Positions 49,641 through 63,556 of a DNA stretch of 64,000 bases are shown here, piece by piece (positions within the stretch are counted from its first letter, which is position 1; every line of letters begins with the position of its first letter). Source of the stretch: Heterodontus francisci (Eukaryota); contig NC_090379.1 in the NCBI RefSeq assembly GCF_036365525.1, forward strand, positions 26,899,790 to 26,963,789, read 5' to 3'. The position numbers were made by a program, and so were the translations under genes. The notes below the pieces were generated by a model that did no database searches, was not told the origin of the DNA, and saw nothing but the letters and a program-made list of their open reading frames with translations.

Positions 49641-52519
49641 CATATTATCAGATCATTTTCTCCTTAGCTTCTCAGGTCTTAACTCACAAAAGGATCACAC
49701 ACAGCTCCGGAAAATGAGCCATATGTGCACCTTTAGTCTTGATTTCTTGACTTTGATCCCAAATAAGGAATGTTTTGTTTGTATAAGTTTCCAAGGTTTA
49801 ATTAGTATTAGCCTTTTCCTTTCCTAGCATTCAGTCTGACTACTGCATCCATCTTGATGACGCATTAAAGGCGATTATGAGGACATCGATCCTAAAGGAC
49901 AGTATCTCCAATAATTCAGCCACCCTTTAGTATTTAGATTGACTTTAAACTCCCAATGTGATGCTACAGCCCACTGCCTTCTGACCCAGGAATGAGAGCC
50001 AAGCTGCTACACACTGCAAGCTGATTTAAATAAAAGAATAAATATTAATTTGGCAGTGTGAAAATGCACAGTACTCTCTCCAATTAGAATATATTTTTCA
50101 TGCCATGATGCACTGAATTGTGTTGTGCATACCAATTCATGTCAGTAGAAAAATAGCATTTAGCTCAGAAGTATTAATTCCGAGAAATAGCTTTTTTGAA
50201 ATTCCTGGCGGGAAACAAGAATATCTGATTGGATGTCCTGGTTTTCACACATCCATTACCAAGAAAAAGTGTTCCAGGCAGTTTTATTTGTTCTCTTTAG
50301 GCAACCTGTACACCTGTGGGCAAATTTAGTGGAAGATGCAAGCCAATGGCAGTTTTCTCGCTTTACTGTCTAATCAGTACATTGCTCAATGTAACAAGAA
50401 ATGTTCACACTGTATTAATATTAACTTGGAGGTGCTAATGAGGGAACCAGGCAATAACAGGCTAAGCACAAGTAGTTAAAGAGTGGGATCTTTGGGGAGA
50501 TAAAAAATAGTGGATAATGTAATAAGTGAAATGAGAAACAGTAAAGCTGCTGGGAGAGACAGTATTTCAAATGAAATTATACAGATTACAGATTGAAGAG
50601 AAGTATTAACACCTTGTTTAATGAGATAATCAGGGTTGAAGTAGTCACTGTGGAATTGAATATAAGTTGCCTCCTTTTTTCCTTTATTCCATCTTGATTT
50701 TCTCCATCCTTGCAGCTGTCTGCTGAGCTGTCCTTTCTTTGAACTGTTTATTAAAGTGACAGAGTTCATAATGATGCTGAGTAAATGTGGTTTCCAATCT
50801 GTTCAATGTGAGTCACATGGATAACTAAATAATATGAAAATCATATATGTAAGACTTCCTATCCAAATTGCCTGCATGAAAGAAGAATAAATCCATATCA
50901 TTATGTCCAGAACAATTCTGATGCATGTGGGATGCAGCTTGAGGTCATAATGATTTCACATGGCTGAAACCATCAGGGCTTTAACACAGACTTTAACAAA
51001 AAAGGTATTTTGTAAGTGCTGAAGCATTCAGGGAGCTCTTGCTAAATTAGAGGTGTTCCATTGCATGCTCCTCGAAAATCTTTGCTTCACTGGAATGGTG
51101 AATTCTGTGCATTCTTGTGAAAGAAAAGACTCCTCGATCGATAACAAATAAAATATAGCTTCTTCAATACCAGATTATTTGCATGTCTTCTCAACCTGCC
51201 TTCTGTCCTCCCTCACTCCAACATCCATGCATAACACAAGCAACAGTAAGTCACTCAGGCCTAGGGTGGACTGAGGGCACGAGTTAATCATGGCCCCACA
51301 TTTGCACTATTACTCCAAATGGGCAGAATTTATTTCACTTTGCAAGGAGTGCACAATCACTCCTATATTGAATTCAACCCAAAAGCATTGGCCAAAATCA
51401 GAGAAATTATTCTGCATCATTACTGTATTATTGTGGCTACAGGAAAATGTGCAAAAATAATTCAGTGCTATCTTCTCTTCCTGTTTCCTCCACTTCCTCA
51501 TCTACATGTTGGCCTGCAGTGACAGCAAAAGCCTCCACACATATTCTGATCATACCAAGCTCTACTTCTCCAGCACCTGCTCACTCTTGCCTACCTCTGT
51601 ACTGTCACATGGTTTGTTTAGATTCCACTCCTGGATGAATCATGACTTCCTCCAGTAGAACATTGTAAAGGCCGAAGCCAGTGTTTTCAGTCCCATAAGC
51701 TCCTCTCACTTGCCATTGTTTCCATACCTCTCTTTGGCTAATGTTTCAGGTTAAATGAGACCACTTGCAACCTTGGCATCCTGTTTAATGTTGAGCTGAA
51801 TTTCAGATCTTAGCTCTATCAATACAACTGTCTACATTCACCAATGCAACATCGCCTGTGTTCACTCTAATGCTCTCCTTGCTGGCTTCCCATCCTCCAC
51901 CTTCCATAAACTCCAACTTATCCAAAGCTCTGCTGCATGTATCCTGTCCTGCACTAAGTCTTGCTGATCTATCACCTTGTCCTCACTGACCTGGATAGGC
52001 TCCCCACTCTCCAAATGCTTTAAATTTGAAGTCATTATACTCTTTAAATATATCCATGGCCTCTCCTCATCCTATCTCAGCAACCTCTCTCTAGTCTTAT
52101 TCTTCCAGACATTGTGTTACTCTGATTCTGGCCTTGTGCTGCTCCTTCACTGTATCTCGCCATTGGTTTTAGGGTTTACAAATCCCTGTTTCCTACTCTG
52201 TCTAATTCCTTGCCTAAACTTCTCTGACTTTCCACTTCATCGTTCACAAATTTCCTCAAATTCCATCTCTTTGACCAAGGTTTGGACACTTATTTTAATC
52301 TCACCTTTTTTGGCTCAGGGTCAGTTTCCATAGCCTTATTATGTGAAGTGCCTCTTGGGATCTTGGGTGTTGGGCTTTTTCTTCAATGTTAAAGGAACAA
52401 ATGGAAGTTGTTGTTCTTGCCTGCATAAGCCTGCAGCTGCTGATAACTCTACAAGTATGAACCATCACAGACACACAGACACACACACACACATTACTGT
52501 AACAAAAGCAAACTACTGT

Positions 52520-53306
52520 GGATGCGGGAAATCGGATTGGCAGGCAAGATTGGCGGCGAGCTCAAAAAATGGCGGCCCGCACACTGAGGCCGCATGCCAA
52601 AGAGCCGCCCGCAATCTCAAGCGCAGCAGCTCATTTAAATAGCTGGGGAGGCCCACCCTGCTCCCCTCAATTTCGTGGAGGGGGCGGGTTTTCTGTCCCC
52701 GGAAATGGCGTCAGCTGCCTCTGCGTGTGCCATTTTTAAAGAGCAGCCAGCTCAGCCGCCCAATTTAAATTTGGAAAGTCCTAACCCCCCCAAATTAAAT
52801 AAATAAATTTCTAATGCCCCTTTCCCACTCCTCCCCAATAACAATTACAATAGCTATTTGCTCTTCCCCCCCAAACACTTACCTTTAACATTTGGCCTTC
52901 ACCCTCCCCAAACTGCACGAAGTTTAAGGTTCAGCCCTTCCCACCATCCCCTCCACTCATTATGTTTATTTGACCCCATCCCCCATCCAGCACTGATAAA
53001 CCTACCTCCTTCCCCCTCCCCACCAGTGTGACATCTCGTTTTCCCATATCTGAAGGCGCGGGAGTGCCGGCTGCCACGCCAAAGGTGGCGGCAGGTCTCA
53101 AGATTGGAGGTAAGTGCATGTAAATTCATTAATTTTATTTATGTGCATATTTAAATTGTGATCCCATCACCCAGCGGCAGGGGGAGCTGCCACGGAGCCT
53201 CGCAGCCACTGGGGTCGAGGTCTGTGGCGGGCCTCATCTGGAGCCATCTTCAGGCATCCCCCCGCCCCCCTGGATCACATGTTGAGGGCTTGGTAAAATC
53301 CAGCCC
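52520..53306. mobile_element. GC-rich PIF/Harbinger-type MITE
   Basis: Right end GGTAAAATCCAGCCC resembles the Harbinger terminus at 47048-47062. Left end unclear. Confidence 0.55.
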
Positions 53307-55049
53307 AAAGACTCATTCACCCATTACCATCACCCCCACCCCTTCATATGTCACTGACATACCCAAGTTTTCCAGCTCAAATTCAGGCCTTGTGTTTAAC
53401 TCCCTCCACCAGCTTTACTCCTCCCTGTTTCTGTAGCTTCCTCTGGATTTACAGCATCCCCATCCTCAAGCTCTCCATTCTTCTGACTCCAGCCTCTTTT
53501 TCACCCCCACTCCCTTTTCCTCTCTTGTTGATGGCCATGCCTTCAACCACATGTGCCGTTCTCTGGAATTCCCTCTCTAAACTCTTCTGCTTCTTCATCA
53601 TCCTGTCTTCATTTAAGACTCTTTAACCAAGCTTTGGGTCACCCCGCCAAAAGCTCGCTATTTTCTTTTATGCCTTGGGTTTAAGTAGTGTTTAATGTAT
53701 TGCTCTATGTTAAAGGCACTAATAAATGCAAGTTTTTGTTTTGCTGTGCTGTATTGTCATGTAATTCTCCAGAGTTCAACAAGTTCACGTGACTGGATGA
53801 TTGTGAGCCTAGTTTAACCCTTATGGTAGTCACACCAGTTGAGAAAAGAGATACATCTGTATGTGGATGATCACTTTGGGGGTGTGCATAATAAATGTCA
53901 CTGTTCATCTGTATATCATCATCTTTGTGATTGAGATAAATAGCAGCCCTGACCGCTACATAATTTAGCTAATATCGGGAACATAAGTTAAATTAGAGAA
54001 AAGCATTGCCATTGAAAAGCATTAATTACTGTGCTGTGGGTCAAGGTTAAGCACACAGACAGAACATGTAAACGTTAAACAGATATGCTTTAAGCACCTC
54101 TCAAAGCCCGAGAAACTATTGGCTTGTACAAAGCACACTGAAGGTCTGAATGTGCTATGCAAATAAGTGGTTTCTGCAATTATAGGACTAGTTCTATTAA
54201 ATTGATATGTACTCCTGAATGTTATAAAGGGAGGCATCTGCATACTTATCTTTGTCTCTCAGTCACCACTTGCTACCATATTTTATACTTCAAAATTTCC
54301 AGTTAGAGGCAGCCTGGGAACAGATATTTTATTTAAACTCCCCCTGATGGAACATCATGAAATTCCACACAAAGCCTAATTCTAGGCTGCATCTAACTTG
54401 CATTTTACCATGCGTAATGCATGGTAAGGGCTCCAGACATTCGCTCAAAATTGCCTGACTGATGGTGTTCAGAATTACCGTACTCTATATAAAAAGCACC
54501 CATGAAAAATGACAGGATCTCAGTGGAGCATAAACACAAGCGGACTGAGGGTCGGGTCTGCTGACCTGAAATTCACAATCCCACTGAATGAGGTCAAAGG
54601 GCGTCATTACAGGGAGGGAGGTGCAGAGCGGGATCCATCCCTAGGCTGCATCTGGCATCAGTCCTCATTGCAAGATGTGTAGGCCTGGGGTGGAGGCGGT
54701 GGGGGGGGAGGGTGCATGTATTGTCGGGCCTATCTGCCCTGATGGGTGGGATGGTGTTGACTGTGAGGGCTTTGGGGGAAAGGGGATGGTGGAGAGGAGG
54801 GGACAGCAGGAAGTAGGGTGAAAGACGGGTGGGAGGAGGAGAGAAGATACTTAAGAGAACTCCCCTGACTGCTAAACACACCATCCAGTGCGGTACTGTG
54901 CCAAACAGACCAGGGTGGGGGTGGCGAGGAGGGCTGATCCCAGCAGGGGCTGCAGTTCATGGAGACACTATTGGCCTCAGTAACCCCTGGATGGGGAAGG
55001 GTGTCATCAGCCAGGGTCCTGGACTGTCTGCACCCAGTGACTCTCCTTG

Positions 55050-55460
55050 AACAGGTTGGAACTCTTTGCTCCAGAAAAGGGAAGACTAACAGATGATCTG
55101 ATTGAAGTCTTTAAAGTTATGAAAGAGTTTGATAGAAAATGTTTCCACTTGTGGATGGGTCCAAAACTATGGGCCATAAAAATGATATAGTCATTGATAA
55201 ATCCAATGAGGCATTCAGGAGAAACTTCTTTACCCAGAGAGTGGGGTGACTGTGGAACTTGCTACCATAAGGACTAGTGGTGACTAGTATAGATGCATTC
55301 AAGGGGAAGCTAGATAAACGAATGAGGGAGGAAGGAATAGAAGATTATGTTGCTAGGATGAGATGAAGATTGGTGTGGGAAGAGGCTCGTGTGGATCATA
55401 AAAACCAGCATAGCCCAGTTGAGCCGAATGGCCTGTTTCTGTGCTGTAAAATCTATGTAA
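55050..55460 (+). mobile_element. CR1 3' fragment
   Basis: CR1 tail ending gccgaatggcctgtttctgtgctgtaa. Confidence 0.75.
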
Positions 55461-56149
55461 CAAGGAGGCTGAAAAATGCTAAGAGCAGGGCTATAATTCC
55501 TTGCAATGTTTAGGATGATGTGACAGTTTAGGAGAATACAGTGCTCCTTTAAAGGGGCGGTGTGCTCTTAAAAAATACTGAACAATTTCCTTTTTCGCTC
55601 CTCCCCACCTCTCTTGAAGATGTTTGTGGGACATCGTTCCAAGGATATCTGGTGCACTCTGATCCTTCACCGATGTAGCCACCATTCATCTGTGTGCCTG
55701 GACAATGGGTGTTGGCAAGCTACTCAAACACAGGGGCATCACAAATGATGCCATCTGCAAAATCGCTTCCAGTAGGGATCATTGAAATGTGATCAGTAGC
55801 AGAATAACCCGGATATTTAAGATCATTTATAGTTCTTCTACTGTGCTTTCACTGAGATCAGCTAACTAAGCACAGGTTATTGCATAGAATTCACTGTCCT
55901 TAATTGTTCCTGGATTGAAGCTGGGACTTTTGAAGTTAGGGTTACTCACTGGAGTAACTTGCTGAGCCACTGGTAGAATGGCAAGCTTTTACGTTTTATT
56001 TATAAACACAGAACACAGTAACTTAAATTGCATCAAAACATGCCAGTGCATCACTTTTGCATTAACTCATTTGAATGAATATCTAGCCCCCTCCCCCACA
56101 TCCAAAGTTTGCATGCTTGTGAAACATTCATATTGTAGAATCATAGAAG

Positions 56150-57680
56150 GTTAGTATTAATGAAGAGGTAGTATTCGAAAAATTAACTGGATTGAAGGTT
56201 GATAAATCCCCTGGACCAGATGAGCTAAATGCCAGAGTGTTGAAGGAGGTGGCTATAGAGATAATGGATGCATTAGTGGTTATCTTTCAAAATTCTATAG
56301 ATTCTGGAAAGGTTCCTGCAGACTGGAAAGTATCAAATGCAATCCCACTATTTAAGAAAGGAGAGAGAGAGAAAACGGGGAAATACAGAATTGTTAGTTT
56401 GAAGTTAGTTGTAGGGAAAATATTAGAATCTATTATAAAGGATTAGATAACTAGATACTTAGAAAATAATTAATTGATTGGGCAGAGTCACCATGGATTT
56501 ATGAATGGGAAATCATGTTTGACAAACCTGTTGGAGTTTTTGAGGATGTTACTTGTAGCATAGATAAAGGAAAACCAGTGGATGTGGTGTATTTGGATTT
56601 TCAGAAAGCTTTTGATAAGGTCCCACTCAGGAGGTTAGTAAACAAAATTAAAACACATGGGATTGAGGGTAATATACTGCAATGGATTGCGAACTGGTTA
56701 ACAGACAGAAAGCAGAGAGTAGGAATAAATGGGTCATTCTCAGGATGGCAGGCTGTTACTCGTGGGGTACCGCAAGGATTAGTGCTGGGGCCACAGCTGT
56801 TCACAATCTATATAAATGATTTGGATGTGGGAACCAAAGGTAATATTTACAAATTTGCTGATGACATAAAACTAGGAAGGAATGTAAGTTGTGTGGAGGA
56901 TGCAAGAAGGCTTCCAGGGGACTTGGACAGGCTAAGTGAATGGGCAAGAACATGGCAGATGGAATATAATGTGAATAAGTGTGAAGTTATCCACATTGGT
57001 AGAAAAAATAGAAAGGAAGAGTATTTCTTAAATGGTGAGAGGTTGGGAAGTGTTAATGTCCGAAGGGACCTGGGTGTCCTTGTTCATGAGTCACTAAAAG
57101 CTAACATGCAGGTACAGTAAGCAATTAGGAAGGCAAATGATATTTTGGCCTTCATCACAAAGGGTTTTGAGTACAGGAGTAAAGAAGTCTTGCTGCAATT
57201 GTATAGAGCCTCGGCGAGACTGCACCTGGGGTATTGTGTACAGTTTTGGTCTCTTCTAAGGAAGGAAATACTTGCACAGAGGGAGTGCAACGGAGGTTCA
57301 CCAGACTAATCCCTGGGATGGCAGGATTGTCTTATGAGGAGAGATTGAGGAAACTGGGCCTGTATTCTCGAGAGTTTCGAAGAATGAGAAGTGATCTCAC
57401 TGAAACTTACAGAATAGCGGCCAGGCCATTTAAGACTGAGATGAGGAGGAATTTCTTCACTTCTTCACTCAGAGGGTGGTGAATCTTTGGAATTCTTGAC
57501 CCCAGAGGGATGTGGAAGCTCAATCATTGAGCATGTTCAAGACAGAAGTCGATGTATATATGGATACTAATGACATCAAGGGATATGGGGGTAGCATGGG
57601 AAAATGGCGTTGAGGTAGATGATCAGCCATGATCTAACTGAATGACTGAATGGCCTACTCCTGCTTCTATGTTCCTATGT
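56150..57680 (+). mobile_element. CR1 LINE RT to 3' end
   Basis: KSPGPD, VYLDFQKAFD, GVPQGLVLGP and KFADD motifs, with stops and frameshifts. Confidence 0.9.
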
Positions 57681-58360
57681 TACAACACAGAAGGAGACCA
57701 TTTAGTTCATCATGTCTGCTGGGTCTCGGCAAGAGTAACTCACCTCGTCCCATTCCCCGTCTGTTTCCCGTAACCCTGCAAACTTTTTCTCTTCAAGTTC
57801 TACTCCAATATCCTTTTGAAAGTCATGATTGAATCTGCCTCCACCATACTCTCAGGCTCTGCATTCCAGGTCCTAACTACTCGCTGTGTAAAAAAGTTTT
57901 TCCTTGTGTCAATATTGATTCATTTGTCATTCACCATAAATCGATGCCCTCTGGTTGTTGACCCTGCTGTCAATGGGAACAGTTTCTCCCTTATCTACTC
58001 TGTCCAGATCCCTCATGATTTTGAACACCACTATCAAATCTCCTTTCAACTTTCTCTTCTCTATGGAGAACAGCTTCTCTAATCTATCCATGTAACTGAA
58101 GTCCCTCATCCCTAGAACCATTCTCGAAAATCATTTCTGCACCCTCTCAAAAGCTTTCACACCTTCCTAAAGTGTGGTTTCCAGAATAAAAGAAAGAGTT
58201 GCATTTATATAGTGCCTTTCATGACCACCTGATGTCTCAAAGCGCTTTCCAGCCCATAAAATACTTTTGAAGTATTAGGAAATATTCCTAATGAAGGAAT
58301 TGGACACAATACTCCAATTGAGGCTGACCCAATGTTTTTATAAAGGTTCAGCATAACTTA
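57680..58360 (-). mobile_element. CR1 3' fragment with an embedded SINE-tail fragment
   Basis: ORF 57927-58121 (GMRDFSY.DRLEKL..LKGDLI.VFKIM). Confidence 0.7.
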
Positions 58361-61046
58361 ATACAAAAGCAAGATGCTGGCAATCTGAAATAAAAAAAGA
58401 AAATGCTCGAAATGCTCAGCAGGTTTGCCAGCATCTGTGGAGACAGAACCAGAGTTAACATTTCAAGTCTGTGACATTTGATCAGAAATGATGAAAGGCC
58501 AGGACCTTGTTGTATGATTGCCTTTAAGAGTGATGTCCCTTTAAGATCTTAGTATGCTAATGAGCCAAGTACCAGTATGTAGTCATGTGACTACATGCTA
58601 GACTCACTCTGCAACTGTAACACCCAGAGTAAGGCTCTGTAAATAGTTAGCTCTGTACTGTAGAATAGTTTAGCTGTAATAAACCTGTTTAACATCTTCA
58701 ACCAATTGGACTCCACGCATTATGTTGCATCAGACAACATAAAGAACTCATTATATGGTGGCAGCTGTGGTGAGAAAATAAAGTCTAAGTTGAAGATCAC
58801 GGGTGAACCAGCTTTGAAAACAACTTTCCTATAGCCACTGGAGAGAAAATAAAAAAAAATACTGGCCCAAACAATAGAAAGAAAAAAGAAACTTACCTCC
58901 AGCTGTAGATGCCAGAGCACAGAATGGCAGGCTGCAAGTAAATCGGGTGAGTCATTGTGCCAGTGGTCGAGGAATCCCAGTTAAAAAGAAAAAGCTTAAA
59001 AATTGATTTTTTTTTCAAAAGCTCTGTGTAAAAAAAACGGGGAAGTCCCGACTCCTTTCACAGGCTGATCAAGGTCAGCTCCATTTCACGAAGTGTCCGA
59101 TTGCAAAAAATGAGGAAATCTTCCAATCACTGCAGAGCCTTCATCCACACAGCCAAAGTTTTAAAAAACTTATTAAATCACTTGTGCGTGAAGAAGAGCT
59201 TTCATTCACACAGTCACAGCTAGCAAAATACCATTAAACCACTCGAAAGTGAACAACATAAACAAATGCTTAGAAAAAGCAATTGAACTGCCTACTGAAC
59301 AGCTGTGTAAACAGACCAGCTTAAGTGCTGGAAGCAAGATATACACAGAACACTATTAAACACCTGCTCCTCTCCATCAAAGCAGCCACTCTAAATAACC
59401 GAGAGTTTCTTAAAGGGGAAACAGCGCAGAGTCTTAAAGCAAGTTTTAAGCAAAAGAACATCAGGTAGATGGATACCAAATTTCCCAGCATGAACAAGAA
59501 AGCCATGGATATCCTACACGAGTTTCAATTTTTCAAAGAAAGAATGCAGTTATGCTTTACAGACCAAGTAATTGTACAACCAGGGAAACAGGCTGTAAAA
59601 ATACTAATAGCAGTTGGAAAGGATGGATTACACAGAATCAATACCTCAGGCTTATCTGACAAGGACCGAAAGATCCTGCAAAGATATGGAAAGTGCTGGA
59701 AGATCAACTCCGATTAAGAGTGAATTTTAGAATTCACCACCTGGAATTGATATCCTACAGGAAACAGCCACAGGAATCAATAGACCAGTTCATCAGTAGA
59801 TTCTAAAGCAAGGGCAACAAATGCAATTTCTCAAAACTGAGCTGTCAGACCAAATAATGGATTTGGTGATTGTATCAACACCCATTGAAGCACTTCAGAA
59901 AGATCTCTTGGGAAAAAGGAAAGGTTAGAGCACTGATGCGCTGCTAGAAGTTGGCAGGAAATATGAAGCCATTGTAGCTGGACAACAGCACAATAACCAG
60001 GTCAAAAAGAGCAAGCAAGCTGTGTGGTAAGTGTGATTGGTCCCACTCACTGCAATGCTGTCCTTCATTTCGAGACCTGTGCAAGGCGTGCAGTGCAAAT
60101 AGACACTGGGCCAACCTATGCAAGAAATCTGGCTCCAAAAATGCAGCCAGAAGTCACAGCAGGACACCAGCAAATAGAAGACAGGCGCAGCAACAGGGCA
60201 ACAACAGCAAGGAAAGTGCCAGGACCTGCATACATGCAAACCAGTACACAAAGTCCACAGTGAAACAGACTTGAGACAAGACCCAGAAAGAAACAATTTT
60301 CAGCCAGAAGAGGAGTCGGTGTTCCACATTGCGTTCCTGACACATCATGTTGATAAAGTCAAACAACTGGAAGCTTTTGCCACTATTAACATCACATGCC
60401 AAAAGAAAGATGGAAAACATAGACTCAGGGTTAAGATTGAGACTGGAGCTAGTGCAAATATCCGACCAGTCCGAATCCTGAAGGATATGTACTGGAGTCA
60501 TTGGAAATCAATGATACAACCGACAACTGCAAAGTTATCCACATACAAAGGGTCACCCATCCCTTGCAGTGGCACACTAACAATGCAATGCAGCTATGGA
60601 AAGTCGACATGGAAAACACAAACATTCTACCTGGTAGACACGAGCGGACCAGCAGTGGCAGAGCTACCAGCATGTAAGGACCTCAACATCGTGACCAAAC
60701 ATGCGGCCACCAAGGTACCCATTATAGCAGAAGAGACCAAGGGTACCTGCATTGAGTCAGTCCACAACCTAAACCAAATGTACCCAGACAGATTTGATGC
60801 CATAGGAGATTTCAAAGGTGCACCTCAGAGAGAATGCAATTTCGTCAATCGACCCTCCCAGAAAGTGCAGCATGCACATACAAGAAAAGCTTAAGTGCGA
60901 GTTAGATGCCATGGAACGCAATGGCACCATCCGTCATCCGTGCATCATCACACAGACTGGTGCAGTTCAATTTCATGCGTACTGAAGAAGGCTGGAGCAA
61001 TCAGGGTATGTCCAGATCCGAGGCGTCTAACCCTCTCCCTGAAGAG

Positions 61047-61376
61047 ATTAGATCAGAGATACAGCACTGAAACAGGCCCTTCGGCCCACCGAGCCTGTGC
61101 CGAACATCAATACTAATCCCATATTCCTACCAAACATCCCCACCTGTCCCTATATTTCCCTACCACCTACCTATACTAGTGACAATTTATAATGGCCAAT
61201 TTACCTATCAACCTGCAAGTCTTTTGGCTTGTGGGAGGAAACCGGAGCACCCGGAGGAAACCCACGCAGACACAGGGAGAACTTGCAAACTCCACACAGG
61301 CAGTACCCGGAATCGAACCCAGGTCCCTGGAGCTGTGAGGCTGCGGTGCTAACCACTGCGCCACTGTGCCGCCCCC
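61047..61376 (-). mobile_element. HE1-type tRNA-derived SINE inside the Gypsy RT
   Basis: Reverse complement closely matches 8561-8865, with A and B boxes intact. Confidence 0.88.
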
Positions 61377-61636
61377 AAGATGCCCCCGCAAGATTCCGAC
61401 AGTAGAGGAATTGAATCCCAAGTACACAGGAACCAAATTCGTCTCCAAGTTGGATGCTAAATCTGGATATTGGTCAGTACACCTGGCTAAGGAATCTCAG
61501 GAAGTCACCACCTTCAAGACACCATTTGGAAGATATTGCTTCCAGAGACTACTCTTCAGCTTATCTGTCAGTCAAGATCTGTTTCAGCAGCATATGGACA
61601 GAATTATAGAAAACGTGCCGGGATGCATATGTATCG

Positions 61637-61754
61637 GGGGTAGGTGGAAATGTGGAATAATCAGTTCAGCCGTGAACCTATTGAATGGCGGAGCAGGCTC
61701 GTGGGGTCGAGTGGCCTACTTCTGCTCCTAATTCGTATGCTCTTATGTTCGTAC
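61637..61754 (+). mobile_element. CR1 3' tail inserted at the Gypsy RT active-site motif
   Basis: TSD GTATCG (61631-61636 / 61755-61760). The flanks rejoin as C-I-A-D-D-I. Confidence 0.8.
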
Positions 61755-61813
61755 GTATCGCCGATGACATTGCGGTAATGGGCTAAACCAAAAAACAACA
61801 TTTTCAAAATCTC

Positions 61814-61973
61814 AACAAGAAATGCTGGAACCACTCAGCAGTACCGAAGAAGAGCCACTGACTCGAAACGTTAACTCTGCTTCTCTTTCCACAGATGCTG
61901 CCAGACCTGCTGAGTGGTTCCAGCATTTCTCATTTTTATTTCAGATTTCCAGCATCCGCAGTATTTTGCTTTT
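61814..61973 (+). mobile_element. Complete 160-bp Penelope-type non-autonomous element with hammerhead motif
   Basis: 14-bp TSD ATTTTCAAAATCTC. The 5' 28 nt are an inverted copy of 61907-61934. Core reads ccgaaga-a-gagcc-act-gactc-gaaa-cgtt-aact. Confidence 0.8.
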
Positions 61974-63556
61974 ATTTTCAAAATCTCCATTCACTGATGG
62001 CAGTAGCTTGTCGTGAAGGGCTCATTTTTAACAGCAAGAAGTGCCAGCTGAATGTAAGTCAGATCAATTTCTTTGCCTTCATCTATTCTGGTTGTGGAAT
62101 CTGTCCTGACTCAGGCAAAATTAAAGATGTAAGGCATATGCCTACTCTACAAGACCAGGATGACTGCCAGAAATGTCTTGGATTTTTCAACTTCTTGGCA
62201 CCATACATTGCAAATTTTTCTAACAAAGCATCATTGTTGAGAGAGCTCTTAAAGAAAGACGTACCACTTCAATGGCAGGAGGACAATCAGAATATGTTTG
62301 AGTCTCTCAAACAAGCATTGTCAGCAGAAACTTGTACCCTACAGTACTACGATCCAAGGAAGAAGATGATCCTGGAAGTTGATGCCTCACAGAAAGGACT
62401 AGGAGCGTGCATCCTGCAGGATGGCAAACCGGGTCCAAATGTATATCTTCAGCACAATCCAATTACTCAAATGTAGAGCGTGAAACACTTGTTCTGGTGT
62501 TTGAGATCACAAGGTTCCACACCAACCTGTTCAGTAAGCAGCTCATGGTGGAAACTGACCACAAACCACTGGAGATGATCTGGTGCAAACCATTGACAAG
62601 CGCACCACCTCGACTACAGCGAATTTTAGTGAAAGTACAGGGGTACGACTTCTATGTCTGCTACAAACCAGGTACCAAAATGGTCATCTTGGATACGCTG
62701 AGCAGATTGCCAAAATCAAGCAAGAATGAAGAAGATCTATTGGATCTACAAGTAGACAGCATGGACATCGAGGTGGAAGATGTGCTCAAAATCGATTTAT
62801 ACCATTTTGGTCAGCACAAATATGACCAACTACAGTCAGAAACAGCCAATGAGCCACAACAGAAAGCATTGTGGAGAGTCATCATAGAAGGTTGGCCTGA
62901 TTAAAAGTGGTGCCAGAAACCCTCAGATGCTTTTGGCCTTATAGAGATGAACTCAGTATCTCGAGAGGCGTCATCTTCAAGGGAAAAAAAGTGATTGTGC
63001 CCAATGCTCTCCGACAGGACATCTTATCACAACTTCACCAAGGCCATATGGACATAGAGTGAATGAGACGACTGGCTTGAGACACTGTTTATTGGCCAGG
63101 GATCAACAATGACATCGGAAGGTTCGTGAGGATGTGCAAGGCATGCCAGAACCACCAGTCACAACAACTCAAAGAGCCTTTACACCCTCACAAGATTTCA
63201 TCAGACCTTTGATCTAAAATTGCCACTGATCTATTTTCCGTTAATGGAGATGACTTTATCTTGATCACTGATTATTCCGCCAAAGTTCCAATTGTCAGAC
63301 AGGTAAAAGGCACTTCAAGCACGGTCATCACGGACACATTGAGTGCCATATTCAGTCTTTTCAGTGCACCTGAAGAAATCATTTCTGGCAATGGGCGACA
63401 GTATACGGACATACCTTTCAGGGAAATGTGCGCCAAATCGGGCATAAACCATGTGATGTCCCTAGATCTAATGGTCTTGCCGAGCGAACGTTGCACATAG
63501 TTAAATCACTTATTCTGAAGTGTAGGACAACGAAACAAGATATTTGTGTTGCCATG

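Larger units (their letters stand above)
58508..63556 (+). mobile_element. Decayed Ty3/Gypsy (Mag-like) retrotransposon, 5' LTR to integrase
   Basis: LTR 58508-58755, tRNA-Leu-like PBS TGGTGGCAGCTGTGG at 58756. Protease VKIETGASAN, RT (SKLDAKSGYW, TPFGRY, IADD), RNase H (EVDASQKGLGA, ETDHKPLE) and integrase (LHQGH..C..C). Confidence 0.9.

Noticed and set aside
41079-58500. PPP1R37-like exon 3 (expected short, like EFTDL..LDCLDLK)
   Set aside because: No acceptor/donor-bounded match found by eye. It probably lies beyond the window, though a short diverged exon could have been missed.
11254-58508. Targeted insertion of LTR elements into hammerhead repeats (11254, 17154, 58508)
   Set aside because: Different positions and different families; high repeat density is a sufficient explanation with only three cases.
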